In this document: positions 23,711-35,255 of the stretch, in pieces
Layout: each line of letters starts with the position of its first letter
Numbering within the stretch: position 1 is the stretch's first letter
Assembly (NCBI GenBank): GCA_032718475.1
Contig: JAUCBJ010006577.1
Coordinates: 1 to 53,156 of the forward strand
From: Nemertoderma westbladi
Lineage: Eukaryota > Animalia > Xenacoelomorpha
DNA: 53,156 nt
Direction: 5' to 3'
Made by a program: the position numbers and the translations under genes
Notes under the pieces: model-generated
Databases searched by the model: none
Told to the model about the DNA's origin: nothing
Seen by the model: the letters and a program-made list of their open reading frames with translations, nothing else

Positions 23711-24229
23711 ATGTGCGTTTTACGCTACTGTTAGAGGGACATCACGCTACTATATGTATTATTATATACAGTATGAGAGCAATATCGCACGAAGCAATGT
23801 CAGTGTGAAGAGGCAAGTCGTTTCCAAGGTCTACCCAGAGCTTGGTTTAGCCGAGACACGAGGATCTGAACTTTGCATTCCTAATACTCTGCCTACCAAT
23901 AATACTTAAATATAGTAGTGGCTTTATTGTACTTTAATAAGTACGGACATTTCATCTTACTGTAGTCACGTATTTATAATATGATACGGACAGTAAGGAA
24001 AGAGGAAAAGAATTATTTCTTGCCGTCGCATTAAATATAATATATACGTAATTAAGTAATAAACGCGAATATATATTGCACTAATCTACTAAATAATCGC
24101 TAAAATAACATTCTACTGAATAAAATTAAAGAAAACGATTATAATAAAATTACATAGTAATACATACAGAAATATAAAAATAATAAAATAATATAAAATA
24201 ATAGAGTCACACACCCACTCCATATGTTG

Positions 24230-27200
24230 TTACGTTATGGAGTCCCTAGATGTTTGAAGGATTAGGGAGGTGGTCGTGGGAAGAGAATCTTGCCTTCCAC
24301 AGTTTCCGGAGAGTCCTCCATTCCCTTCCGGTAAACACAAACGACCGACTGGGTGATTGAGTCGCTGCATCCCGAATACAATTCCAGGTTTCCTCTTCGT
24401 CCTGGAATAGTGACGATAGAAACATCGCTCTAGGTACACGACGGCCTTACAAAGCCGATTCCAGGAGCTATAGTGGTCTGTCGCTCCCTGCAGGAGAGGT
24501 GAGAGTCCCTGCGAGATGTCTGATGTTCCAGAGCTCCAATCGCTCTCTCTGATCTTCATGAAGGATCCACTCGCGGTGGGGAGGTCCAGATCCACGGCGT
24601 CGTCTCTGGCAATATGCAATACCGACAGATCTATCCCGGGTTCAAATAACTCCGCTCCACCCGTCCGGGTTTTAGGTTTGACTTTCTCCGCTCCCTTGGC
24701 TGGTCTAATCTCAGTCGGAGTAAGATGGGGAGGCCATTCATCCTCCTTACTCAGGAAGTCGGGTTCACCTAACCGGTCTGTAGTATCTGTCAGTTCTTGA
24801 GGAGTTGCTCCTCTGGAAGCGATGTCGGCTAAATTCATCGTCTTGGGGCAATATCTCCATTGATCTACATTGGAGTTAAGATTGTCATTATCTGAGGAGT
24901 GTGGTGTTCCCTCAGTTGGTTTGTCTCCCTCACTAGTATCATCTTCCCATTCACTCACCTGGCAGACGCGATCTTGAAGCAGTCTTTCTCTGAGTGTTCT
25001 TCGGGAAGGTCCAGTAAGGTACCAACCTACTCTAGTTCTTACCGCATAGGTCTGAAGTGGTTGCGGTTGAGCAGGTCGTTTCTCCAATGTCTCCAGCGCC
25101 TCATGCGCGTTTTGACCGATTAATATTTGTACTCCAGGATAATCGGTGTCGAATCTAGGAATGTTAAGTCGTTGGGCATGATCATCTTCGTCCCAATTAT
25201 AAGGTTCCACTTGGGTGGTAGCGAAGTTCTTTATTGCCACCATTTTGACTGACCTTATACTGTGTTCTCCTAGTTTATCCTGTGGAGTGGACAACTCACA
25301 TATATAATAGTCGGCAGCCACAGCAGATTTCCAAACCTGCATGATCCCTGACATGTTTAGCTTGGTTCGGAACTTGGGTTGTCCAGCAAAGATGTCCTCG
25401 GCTAGTTCCCTATCGATGAATGTTCCCGTGCTGCCGGAGTCCAGGAGGGCGTTCACTATATAGCTCTTCTGAGGTCCGTGGACCCGTAACTGGACTACAG
25501 GAAATTCTCGGATTCCTACATTTGAAGTTGGCGCTTTCCAAGATTGTTGTTGATCTGAAGTAGTTAGGGTAAGGTCGCTGTCTGTGTCTTTCTCATACAT
25601 GAGTGCTCGATACACTGCGGTGGTGTTTATTAAGTAACAGGATTCGTTTTCGTCGGAGAACTCGTCCGTATAGAATCCTTCCATCTCAGATTGATCAGTG
25701 TCGTTCACATCACTGAATTGGACATGTAGTTCGGACTCACTTACCTGACTCGGGCTGTTTCGTTCGAATTCCGTGTGCAACAAGATATGATGTTTTGCGC
25801 CGCACTTTGCACACCTTGCGTCGGAGTAACAGGTTCGCCGTTGGTGTCCTCGTCTGAGGCAATTATAACACAACCGCTTATCCCACATGACTTCACGTCT
25901 ATCCTTTAGTGATTTCCTCAGGAATTTATCACACGCATTTAAACGGTGGGGCCCGTCGCACAGCACACATTTCGGCTTGATGTTACTTACTTTAACCTGT
26001 GCTATGTGGTGCACACTTGTTCTTTCCTCGGGCTTTCTCACCTGAATTCTTTTAGGAGACGTAGGAAGGGTTTTTTGTACCTGTTCTCTCCTGTCATTTG
26101 CTCGAGACTTGAATTTACTTACCTGATCTTTAGGCATTTTATTGACATAATAAGATCTATCAGTGTCTTTCCCGCTATCTTCTCCTTGAGAAGTCTGGCT
26201 TTCGCCGTCGTCTGTATAACACACTGGTGTTACCTTTCTCCTAGAGACGGGTTTTTCACTTACCTTGTTTTCCGGTGTCTTCTCTCGGGACTGCTTGAGG
26301 AGTTGCAATTTCACTTCTCCATCCAAGAATGACATGAGATCAGCCATGGTAGGGTCTCGTCGTTGTTGTTCCATCATATATAGTACTTTCTTATCCCAGC
26401 GTGTGCCTACCCCACCTTTCGGTAAAGTAGAAGCCACAGCTCCAATGACCATAGAACTTTGGTATTCATGAGACTTACCTAACCAATCTAATTGTCTACA
26501 GATCTCTTGAATCTCATCGGAAAACTCTATTATCCCACTGCTGATGAACTTTCTGGGCGCTACTAATTTTGCATATAAATACTTAGCGATATTATTCCTA
26601 TTACCATACCTGATGTTTAGTGTGTCCCAAACTTGTCTTAATCCGTCTGGATGTCCAATAAACTTTAACGCCATTAACTTGGGAGATCCTTCCAAGCACT
26701 CGATGAGGTATCTAAGTTTTTCTCCATTAGATAGTACAGAGTTCTGTATGTTATCTTTGTAATATTCATTAAAAGGTAACCATTTCATCTCATCTCCATT
26801 GAATTTGACTATCTCTCCCACCTTCACCGCTTGACGGGCTTCGGTTCTAGCCATTTGACGCGTAAAACTTTCTTGGGCCATCGTGTTATTTAATATCGAG
26901 TTATCGGTATATAAATTTCTCGGATTATGATCAGGTCTATAGGGAATGTCATTATCAACAGGTCTATAATTACCCTTAATAGGGTTCACTATAGGAGTTT
27001 CTACTTCGCTAGCAGTATAGATGCGTGTAGGCTCCACACCTTGCGCATGAGATATTTCAGACCTAACAGGTTGACACATTGTTACAGGGGGTGGTGGTAT
27101 ACCCTTTTGTAAATTTACTAATTTATCGCGTTCTAGCGCGATATTTTGCTGCACTTCTTGCAACTCTAGCCTACTTTCCCTTACTGTGCCCTTTAACTGT

Positions 27201-29266
27201 TGAACAGTCCCTTCTAACTCTCGGACCTGTTGGGAGGAGCGTGCTTGATTCTCCTCCATCTTTCCGAGGAGAATGTCCATCCCCCGCCGTCTCTCGTCCA
27301 CCCAATCAACCGCCGAAACGGGATCCGCCAACGTCGTAGCGGGCAGACGAGGGACAACGGGCGACAAATCAGTAATATTTCGCTCGGGGTCCAGGACCTG
27401 AACTGTCTTCTGGGCAGTTCTACTGGGCACAGGTAGCTTAGTGCTATGCAGAGGGAATGTAGAGGTAGCTTCAGGGAGCACAGGTGTGTCTATCACCGAA
27501 GGGGTGATTTCAAAAACAGGCCTAATTATTTCAGGCTCATCTACTATAGTAGGGAGTCTTTCTATTTTAATTATTTGGTCTGTGGGTTCTGTACTGCCTA
27601 AGTTGGTGTTATTTAGTTGCCTTCTAACAGCTGGAGGCAAATCAGGCAATTTCTGACGGTGGAATGTTCTTTTACGTCTGCTTAGACGAGATCTATTTCC
27701 TTTGCCTTCAGTATCGGTGGTATCGCCTTCTTCAGATGATGTATATCCCTGTCTTTTGGGAGTAGATCGATTCATCATCTGCATATTACTAGCTGTTAAC
27801 TGTTTACTGAAGTCGTCTTGCTTCTCTTGAAGATTTTCCAACTCCAGTTGGGTGATCTCTTCAGCCGCTCTCCGTTCTGCTTCCGCCACCGCTGCCGCTT
27901 TTGCCTCTGCCGCTGCCGCTTTTGCCTCTGCCGCTGTCGCTTTTGCCTTTGCCTCGGCTTCTGCTGCTGCCGCTTTTGCCTCTGCCGCTGCCGCTTTTGC
28001 CTTTGCCTCGGCTTCTGCTGCTGCCGCTTTTGCCTCTGCCGCTGCTTCTGCCAAGGTCGCCTTTCTTTCTGCCTCTGCCACTGCTGCTATCTTTCTGTCT
28101 TCTATACGTTTTTTCCTTACTTGTTCTTCCTTTTCTCTAGCGATGCGGAGTTGTTCATCGAATTTAGCTTGGTTCGCCGCTAACCTATCTACATCTATTG
28201 CATCCAACACACGCTGGGCTCCTTCACTATTAGGGCTAAGTCCATCTAGCCTTCTCCTCAACTCTTCATCTCCCAAAAAACGCTGATAGTCTGACAGATA
28301 GATGTCAATGGCATCCTTCTTATGCGGTTTCTCTGCCGTCGCTTCACTTTCCACTTGGGAAAAAGTAGCGTCCGTTGATTCTCCATGGGTTGAGCGCTCC
28401 TCCAGCTGAGCTTTCCACTGAGCTGCTCCTTGAACCTGGCGACTCACCCGTTGAAACCAAGTCTTTACGGCAACTTGCAACGACGTGTCTTGTCTTCGTT
28501 TAGAAGCCTCCTCAAAGGCCGATAATATTAACCTGATTCGTAGAATTCTTTCTCTTACTTGATAAAGCAGCTGTCCCTGCTCTTGAGGTCCTTGAGGTTG
28601 TTGTAACAGTTGTTTTTCTACTCGCTCCATAGAGCTGAAGAATCCCTGTGCGTATCCGGCTGCGGACCTCTTCCACACAGCTGGATCTATGGTTTCCTCG
28701 GCTACTCCCATCCGGTGTATGTCTTCCCAGGCAGCTTCGGATAAATCAAACGGGAGTCCGGGTCCGGGAAAGTTCCATTGCGACTCGACCATGGACTTCA
28801 GTTCTTCCCTTGTGTATCCAGCATAACTATCTCTAGTTGAACGCTGGCTTCTCGCCCAATCGATCTGGTGTTCTTCCACAGCGATCAATAACCTAGTGAG
28901 TACGGCTGCAGGAAGGATGAGAAGGGGATCTGAATAAGCCTCATCCGTCATCCTTGCTCCGCGTTCGGGTGTCAGTTCTACCGTATCTTCACTACTGGAG
29001 CTGTCGGGCCGCTGAGAAATAAGTTCTTGGCTCGCGGGTTGTTGCTGTTCCGCTGCTTCTTGGTTCCGCTTGACCTGAGCTCGAGTGCCTATGACAGACC
29101 TACGATGTTGGACCAGCCTAGGTTCTTTTATTACTACTGGAGGGATGACCTTCCTCACAGTGGGAGGTGAACTGAACTTACGACCAGACGGTTCTACGTC
29201 TCTATCTGAGTCGCAGATAGTTACATCTAATAAACTGTCTGACAGGTTCTGCTTAGTATCAGACAT
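24230..29266 (-). CDS. gag-pro: Element 3 Gag-protease polyprotein (1678 aa) lacking RT, most of RNase H, and integrase
   Basis: KFNGDEMKWLPF...EKLRYL; CVLCDGPH, CYNCLRRGHQRRTC, CAKCGAKHHILLH; LLDSGSTGTFI. After RVGWYLTGP it jumps to the RNase H-end motif QWRYCPKTMNLADIASRG. Confidence 0.9.
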   Translation of the reverse strand: MSDTKQNLSDSLLDVTICDSDRDVEPSGRKFSSPPTVRKVIPPVVIKEPRLVQHRRSVIGTRAQVKRNQEAAEQQQPASQELISQRPDSSSSEDTVELTPERGARMTDEAYSDPLLILPAAVLTRLLIAVEEHQIDWARSQRSTRDSYAGYTREELKSMVESQWNFPGPGLPFDLSEAAWEDIHRMGVAEETIDPAVWKRSAAGYAQGFFSSMERVEKQLLQQPQGPQEQGQLLYQVRERILRIRLILSAFEEASKRRQDTSLQVAVKTWFQRVSRQVQGAAQWKAQLEERSTHGESTDATFSQVESEATAEKPHKKDAIDIYLSDYQRFLGDEELRRRLDGLSPNSEGAQRVLDAIDVDRLAANQAKFDEQLRIAREKEEQVRKKRIEDRKIAAVAEAERKATLAEAAAEAKAAAAEAEAKAKAAAAEAKAAAAEAEAKAKATAAEAKAAAAEAKAAAVAEAERRAAEEITQLELENLQEKQDDFSKQLTASNMQMMNRSTPKRQGYTSSEEGDTTDTEGKGNRSRLSRRKRTFHRQKLPDLPPAVRRQLNNTNLGSTEPTDQIIKIERLPTIVDEPEIIRPVFEITPSVIDTPVLPEATSTFPLHSTKLPVPSRTAQKTVQVLDPERNITDLSPVVPRLPATTLADPVSAVDWVDERRRGMDILLGKMEENQARSSQQVRELEGTVQQLKGTVRESRLELQEVQQNIALERDKLVNLQKGIPPPPVTMCQPVRSEISHAQGVEPTRIYTASEVETPIVNPIKGNYRPVDNDIPYRPDHNPRNLYTDNSILNNTMAQESFTRQMARTEARQAVKVGEIVKFNGDEMKWLPFNEYYKDNIQNSVLSNGEKLRYLIECLEGSPKLMALKFIGHPDGLRQVWDTLNIRYGNRNNIAKYLYAKLVAPRKFISSGIIEFSDEIQEICRQLDWLGKSHEYQSSMVIGAVASTLPKGGVGTRWDKKVLYMMEQQRRDPTMADLMSFLDGEVKLQLLKQSREKTPENKVSEKPVSRRKVTPVCYTDDGESQTSQGEDSGKDTDRSYYVNKMPKDQVSKFKSRANDRREQVQKTLPTSPKRIQVRKPEERTSVHHIAQVKVSNIKPKCVLCDGPHRLNACDKFLRKSLKDRREVMWDKRLCYNCLRRGHQRRTCYSDARCAKCGAKHHILLHTEFERNSPSQVSESELHVQFSDVNDTDQSEMEGFYTDEFSDENESCYLINTTAVYRALMYEKDTDSDLTLTTSDQQQSWKAPTSNVGIREFPVVQLRVHGPQKSYIVNALLDSGSTGTFIDRELAEDIFAGQPKFRTKLNMSGIMQVWKSAVAADYYICELSTPQDKLGEHSIRSVKMVAIKNFATTQVEPYNWDEDDHAQRLNIPRFDTDYPGVQILIGQNAHEALETLEKRPAQPQPLQTYAVRTRVGWYLTGPSRRTLRERLLQDRVCQVSEWEDDTSEGDKPTEGTPHSSDNDNLNSNVDQWRYCPKTMNLADIASRGATPQELTDTTDRLGEPDFLSKEDEWPPHLTPTEIRPAKGAEKVKPKTRTGGAELFEPGIDLSVLHIARDDAVDLDLPTASGSFMKIRESDWSSGTSDISQGLSPLLQGATDHYSSWNRLCKAVVYLERCFYRHYSRTKRKPGIVFGMQRLNHPVGRLCLPEGNGGLSGNCGRQDSLPTTTSLILQTSRDSIT
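27888..28052 (-). repeat. In-frame Ala-rich repeat (AAAEAKA / AEAEAKAK)
   Basis: Tandem GCTTTTGCCTCTGCCGCTGCC variants. Confidence 0.85.
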
Positions 29267-30587
29267 GTCTACGTATACCGTTGAATGTCTACTGCTGTAT
29301 TACAGTCTGAGCAAGTCTAGTAATTCAGTATTAACTGCTAGCCTAGTAATTAATTACCGATACTGCTACTCAGTGTAGCGTGATATATATATAATATATT
29401 AGAATACCGGTATACTTATAGTATATATAACTATATAAGTATTATTACAGACTAGGTTTATCACAGAATACCGGTATAATTTTTAGCACAAATATATATA
29501 AATATATAATAGGCCTATCGGGAATACCGGTATACAGCTTACAGTTTGTAGTATATATAATTCTGGAATAGAATTAATTACAAGTACCGGTATAATTTCA
29601 GCCTAGATTTATAGAAATAAAGATAATAGGCCTATCGTAAATACCGGTATATCAATTATTTTAAATAATTGAATTTCTGAATTTTAGGGTTACTTTGTTA
29701 CTTTACTTACTTTATTACCGTTATTTGAGCAGTAGTCCAACTGATATGGAGACCTAATGGTTGTATGGTAGGCCTACTATTTATAAATCTTTTGAGTTGA
29801 TTTATAATATATATATACCCTTTAATGGGTTTTGTCAATGTTTGAAATAAATGTTATTATTTCTGGGGAGTAATCACTACACAAAGCGGTGCGCTTTCAG
29901 TGAAGTGTTACTTATAGGACACTAAAACAAATAATTCTAATTTACCTAAGTTACTTAATACTACAAATTACGTACAATTCGGGTGAGATTACAATCTCTA
30001 AATAAACACAAAAATTTACAAAAAACACAAAATACGAATTTTTAGGGTAATTTTACAAGAAGTCTACAAACCAGCCTAACAAAGGGTTAGAAATCTGGTT
30101 ATTACAACGGACAGGGTTCTACGGTATTTGAAAATAATACGTAGTAGTAAGTACACTGCGTTGTCCAGATAGGAAAATACCACCGCCTGACGACCTATAG
30201 CCGTATCGCTATAGGTTCTACGTTATGTATCACGGAGTGTTCCTACCTAGAAGTTAATAGAGCTAATCGAAAGTGCCTATCAACCACTTTACAACACAAA
30301 TGTAATGCCTACACTAATTACTTTCGGAAAGCACTGTACACTAAACCCTAAATTAGGTACGAGTACTTGTACAACATATAATCAGTAGTTAAATATACTT
30401 GAACAGCTAAAAGAACCACGGCATCTGCTGGAGTGACCGATGCACAAAATCACCAGTCTTTACCTACGCCAAGCAGCCCGTGTAGTACCGGGGTTAATTT
30501 AACTATAGCGGTATGTATAACAAACACAATTACTGTAGGAACAAACTTGGGGAATGAATGTTGCGAATAATCGCATAAACTCTGAAT

Positions 30588-31160
30588 AATAAATATTACG
30601 CTACGCGTACAAACTACTCAAACAAAATGCAGACCGAACACTGACAGACTACTATCAAGCCTAAACAAACTACGGTATATGCAGACTCCGAAATAATTAG
30701 GTAGTATGCGTTCTAACCCAGTAGTACGACTTATTCTTTAGTTGGGGGTTTACCTTACAGCATTCGCTGCCCCTACTTCCTAACCGTTCTTTATCGGACA
30801 AGTGATCTACACACGCTGCAATCCGTTCAGACCTAATAACAGCCAGACAACTATCCAGCCTACAAATTATCTAAATAAATATTATACGCTACCCGTACAG
30901 ACTTACACAAACAAAGTACAGACTCAACGATGGCAGACTACTCTCAAGCCTAAATAAACTACAGGACATGCAGACTCCGAAATAATTAGGTAGTATGCGT
31001 TCTAACCCAGTAGTACGACTTATTCTTTAATTGGGGGTTTACCTTACAGCATTCGCTGCCCCTACTTCCTAACCGTTCTTTATCGGACAGATGATCTACA
31101 CACACTGCAATCCGTTCAGACTTAACAACAATCAGACAACAGCTCAGCCTACAAATTGTC
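30588..31160. repeat. ~285-bp tandem duplication in the element 3 leader
   Basis: AATAAATATTA...GCAGACTCCGAAATAATTAGGTAGTATGCGTTCTAACCC... occurs twice. The same duplication is in element 4 at ~49940-50505. Confidence 0.85.
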
Positions 31161-31509
31161 TGTACAATCTGATCAGGCTTACACGCCTTCTGTTCAATAC
31201 TGGCCTACAAACAAATAAAACTTGACAGAAATAAGTAAAATCTCAATAAAAACCAGGCGTCCCCGATTAATTATTAAGACCTACCGGCATATATAATCAA
31301 ATCGAATAATACTGCTGTACTTATACGGGAAGTACCGGTTAGGACAGTTAGGCCTACCGACCTACTGAAGTACCGGTTCTGGCAGTTGGACCTACGGGCC
31401 TACGGCAGTACCGGTTCTGGCAGTTGGGCCTACTGACCTACAGATGGACCGTTCAGGTTTACCGGTTGACCGGTACTTTCAACTTTATTGCTTACTGCAA
31501 TAAAGAAGC

Positions 31510-31521
31510 TATATCCGTTAT
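31510..31521 (-). promoter_or_regulatory. Candidate self-complementary primer-binding site of element 3
   Basis: ATAACGGATATA directly follows the LTR end and is the exact complement of LTR positions 32258-32269. No TGG/tRNA complement. Confidence 0.65.
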
Positions 31522-32710
31522 TGTTCGCGCTTTCAGACCTTTGGCAGTTTAACCCGCCAAATTAGGATGTCTTCTAGATAATAAATCACCTTTAGTCTAT
31601 GACAAGTATTTAATTCACTACACTAGTCGAAACCAATCTGTGCGCGATCATTCACCCGCTGGATATACCCGGGAGATTGGGTTCGACGGCTTAATCTTAT
31701 TGCTATGTAAGCCTAATGTATTATTCGACTGACAGTATTATATAATCTCTGACAATATTATTCACCTTCGGGGAATATTAACAGTTCCTTTAGGACGTGG
31801 CGCTCTATCTATATAAACAAAGTTATGACTTAAACTACTCACAACGATATGGCTTAGTTATAATTCACATATATGGCGCATTCTTTAGGAAATGCTTCGT
31901 TATCAGTCTCACTCATACACAATGCTGCACAATACTGCACACTGATCTGCCGATCTTCACTGATTTTAGTCACATATAAAAGGAACACGGACCGAATCAT
32001 GTAGGGTCTATCAAATAACATTAGATTCACTTCAAACCACTTTAACATAAGTCACAATCGTTATATGTAACCTTTCTCTCTTACCTTCGGTATATCAAGA
32101 ATATTGGGTTTCGGGGTTATTTCTCGTTATTCCAAATATAATAATTCATCAACCATATTATGAAGAACTGACAGTAAATAGCAGTATAACAATATAAAGT
32201 ATGCACAGGTTGTTTGATTAGGTATGGTATGTTATGTTTAGTTATGTTGAGTTGCAGATAACGGATATATGTCCTTATAATTAAGCCTACTAGTGTAAGA
32301 CTAAAAACTGAAAACACGGAGGTGCCAAAAGCCGGTTCTTAGGCTCTGGGCAAAACATAACACTGAACTACTGAGTTTCTGTATACACCTCCAACACAGA
32401 GACAACAAACGCTCTGATTGGTCAACCTAAACAACGAGAGAACAAAGAAACAAAGAAACGTCGACGTGGCAATATCAGCTGCTAGCCGTCGTCATGGTAG
32501 CGACACTGTTTTCAAAAGTATCCAGCTATTGCGTCACGAGATTGTGGATTATGTCCTCTAAAGTACAAATACAGTACAAATACATAAGAAATGACTTTTA
32601 TGTCCTCTAAAACACCAGTACAGCAAGGACACGGCCTTTTTATGCCTGGCAAACCAACTACAGAGTACTTTAAGGGAAAATAACCGGCTAATTACGCAAA
32701 AGCTTTTACA
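31522..32710 (-). repeat. 5' LTR of element 3
   Basis: Minus strand reads TGTAAAAGCTTTTGCG...GCGCGAACA; direct repeat of 19726-20983. Confidence 0.88.
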
Positions 32711-33493
32711 TAGGCCCTACTACCGGTATGTGTTTGATGCGTAGGTGTACATAGCACAATAGTACAAAAGGGCCACAGTTCCGAATTAACTGAAGCCTAT
32801 TGTTTACGAGTAACATTACACAATGTACTTGACTCATTCGGACCAAATATGGGCAATTCCACAGAAATTGGACACAATATGACAAAATTAAAACTTTCAA
32901 AAATAAGCAACAGGTCAAGATTTAATGCGCAAAATTTCATAAATTTTTAGAATGTGTCAAAATCTACATCGATATGACGGCATTAACTAGGAATTTTGAC
33001 CTCTAAGCTGCGAACAGTCACCATGCCAAAGATTTAAAACAAAAGAATTATACTATTGAAGGTGACATAATAATTTGTTTACTTTTAGCCATATAGGATA
33101 TACTTGGTATTATTGAACTCAGCCGTGAATCCACATTGAGGTACTGTAGTTCTATGTCATTAACATAAAAGGCCACCTGTCTCCATAATTGTAAAGTTAG
33201 ACAATTTTTTTGCATTTTTTTTACAACTTTGTCTAGAACGTTCCTCCACATCGAAATTCGCATGACTCAATGCCGACGCCAGATGGCGTCTTTTGTGCCA
33301 TTGATTAATCCAGGCCATCATATTAAAGGCTGTGATTGATTTCAGTGATTTATTTTCAGTAACGTGTGTGACACTATCACACATAGCCAGCCTCCTATAC
33401 CAAACCAAACCAAATATAAAAGTTTGACTTTATTAATTTCGATTAGAAGGAACGAAAACTGTACCAGCTATAAATTTGGCGGATTTTGTTCTA

Positions 33494-35097
33494 CAGTCGG
33501 GGTCTCAAAGTGCATCTGTTCTTTGAGATTTTCTCAAAGAACTAAAAGTGTCTCAAATTTCTAAAAGTGGTCCAAGAAAATGACAAAGTGTCCTCAAAGA
33601 TTTCAAAGTAGTACTGTCAGTCATTTCATACAGTCCTGCCTGAAGCTGGCTATGGTATGGGATATATTGACTTTGACTATAGGGTAAAATATATGTAATA
33701 AAAACCTCTATGAAACAATAAAGATGCCTCCAAAAAATACTGCAGTAATAAATATTTGTTACTGAAAGTAAGAATTAAACTTACTGCAATAATAAAAAAT
33801 TGTCTTTTTCTGCAGTAACAAATAATTTGTTACCGCAGTAGAAATTTTTATTCAATTATTTATTCATATTGATTACTGCAGTATAAATTTTTATTCAATT
33901 ATTTATTAATTTATTAATATTGATTATTGCAGTAATAAATATTTGTTACTGCAGTAATAAATATTTGTTACTGCAGTAATAAATATTTATTACTGCAGTA
34001 ATAAATATTTATTACTGCAGTAATAAATATTTATTACTGCAGTAATAAATATTTGTTACTGCAGTAATTGTTATATGTTACTGCAGTAACTAATATTTAA
34101 TACAGCAGTATTTTTTGTAGGTATTTTTATTGTTTCATAGAGGATTTTATTAATTTATATTTGGACTATTTACAGACGCCATAATTGCGGGCTATCGGAA
34201 TGAATGTGTTGGTATTTGTGTCATAGACTGTTTGTCTGTTGCCCTATCTATATTAATGTATAGTGCTAAAACTGTACTGTTTAAATTTGTTTAGCCCAGG
34301 TGAACGCCGAATACCTTTACCAATGCGTTTCAATGGTCAACCAGCCATACTTTGCCGCACTGTAAATTGTGTTATACAAAGTAAAGAATAACTATAGAGG
34401 CAGGCATAAAGATAAATGATTCAAGCGCACTAATTGGCTGTTCCCATAGATGTTTTAGGCATTGTAGATGAGCTGAGCAATGCATATGGTCAGAGCGACC
34501 GCCCAGTCTGCCAAAATCTATTATGTAATCAAATGGTACCACAAGCCAAGCAAAGCATGTGACAGTTCTTTCCGACTATGCACCTGTTTGTTTGAAGGTC
34601 GCCGTCCGTGGGTCGCTACTCACTAGCTGTGATTGATAGTTTAAACTGGGTGCCGCTTTGCAAGAAGGCGGTACACATCAATTGAAAATATGAGGCAAAC
34701 ATTTAAAATATGCTCAAATATAAACGCCAGCGGCAGGGGATATTTTAATATCTCTATTAAGCTAAAACAACACAAGATTGTAGCCGTTCTATTGTACTTG
34801 AAAGTCGAAAGCCTTTCTTCGTTTTTAAGAAAGAATTCTCGCGCTCTCGTGAACATAGTTTTTATATTAATTAAACAGTTAAGGTAGTACGGTTTGACAT
34901 CTACCTCAAAGTGACATTTCTCAAAGAATTCAAAGAATTCAAAGTGCCTACAAGCAGGAAATCACTTTGAGATTCCCAACTAAAAGTGTATACAAGAATT
35001 CAAAGCGGCCGTTGGGAGTAATGTGATGACTTTTAGACACTTTTAGAAAAACTTTGAGAAAATCTCAAAGAACAGATGCACTTTGAGACCCCGACTG
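33494..35097. mobile_element. Non-autonomous Tc1/mariner-type TIR element
   Basis: 46-bp perfect TIRs (CAGTCGGGGTCTCAAAGTGCATCTGTTCTTTGAGATTTTCTCAAAG) flanked by TA on both sides; no transposase ORF. Confidence 0.85.
33679..34169. repeat. Foldback-like element nested in the TIR element: ~80-bp imperfect inverted arms around ~22-bp palindromic tandem units
   Basis: The arm ATAAAA.CCTCTATGAAACAATAAA.AT.CCT.CAAAAAATACTGC appears inverted at both ends; internal (TTACTGCAGTAATAAATATTT[G/A])n. Confidence 0.75.
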
Positions 35098-35255
35098 TAT
35101 GTACATAGGCCTACTGTACGTTACTGTTTGGTTAGGTACCGGTACGTAGCCAGATACAGGTAATACTGTAAATTCACAGATGGCAACGAATTCTTTCACG
35201 CGTGGTTATATGATCATCAACAACGATCTGTTATTAAACTGCAACTAAAACTTAA

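Larger units (their letters stand above)
19726..32710 (-). mobile_element. BEL/Pao element 3: non-autonomous, ~13 kb, two LTRs, Gag-PR ORF and extra ORF
   Basis: Direct repeats at 19726-20983 and 31522-32710 with TGT...ACA ends, a purine tract before the 3' LTR, and a BEL-type ORF between them. No target-site duplication seen. Confidence 0.88.
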
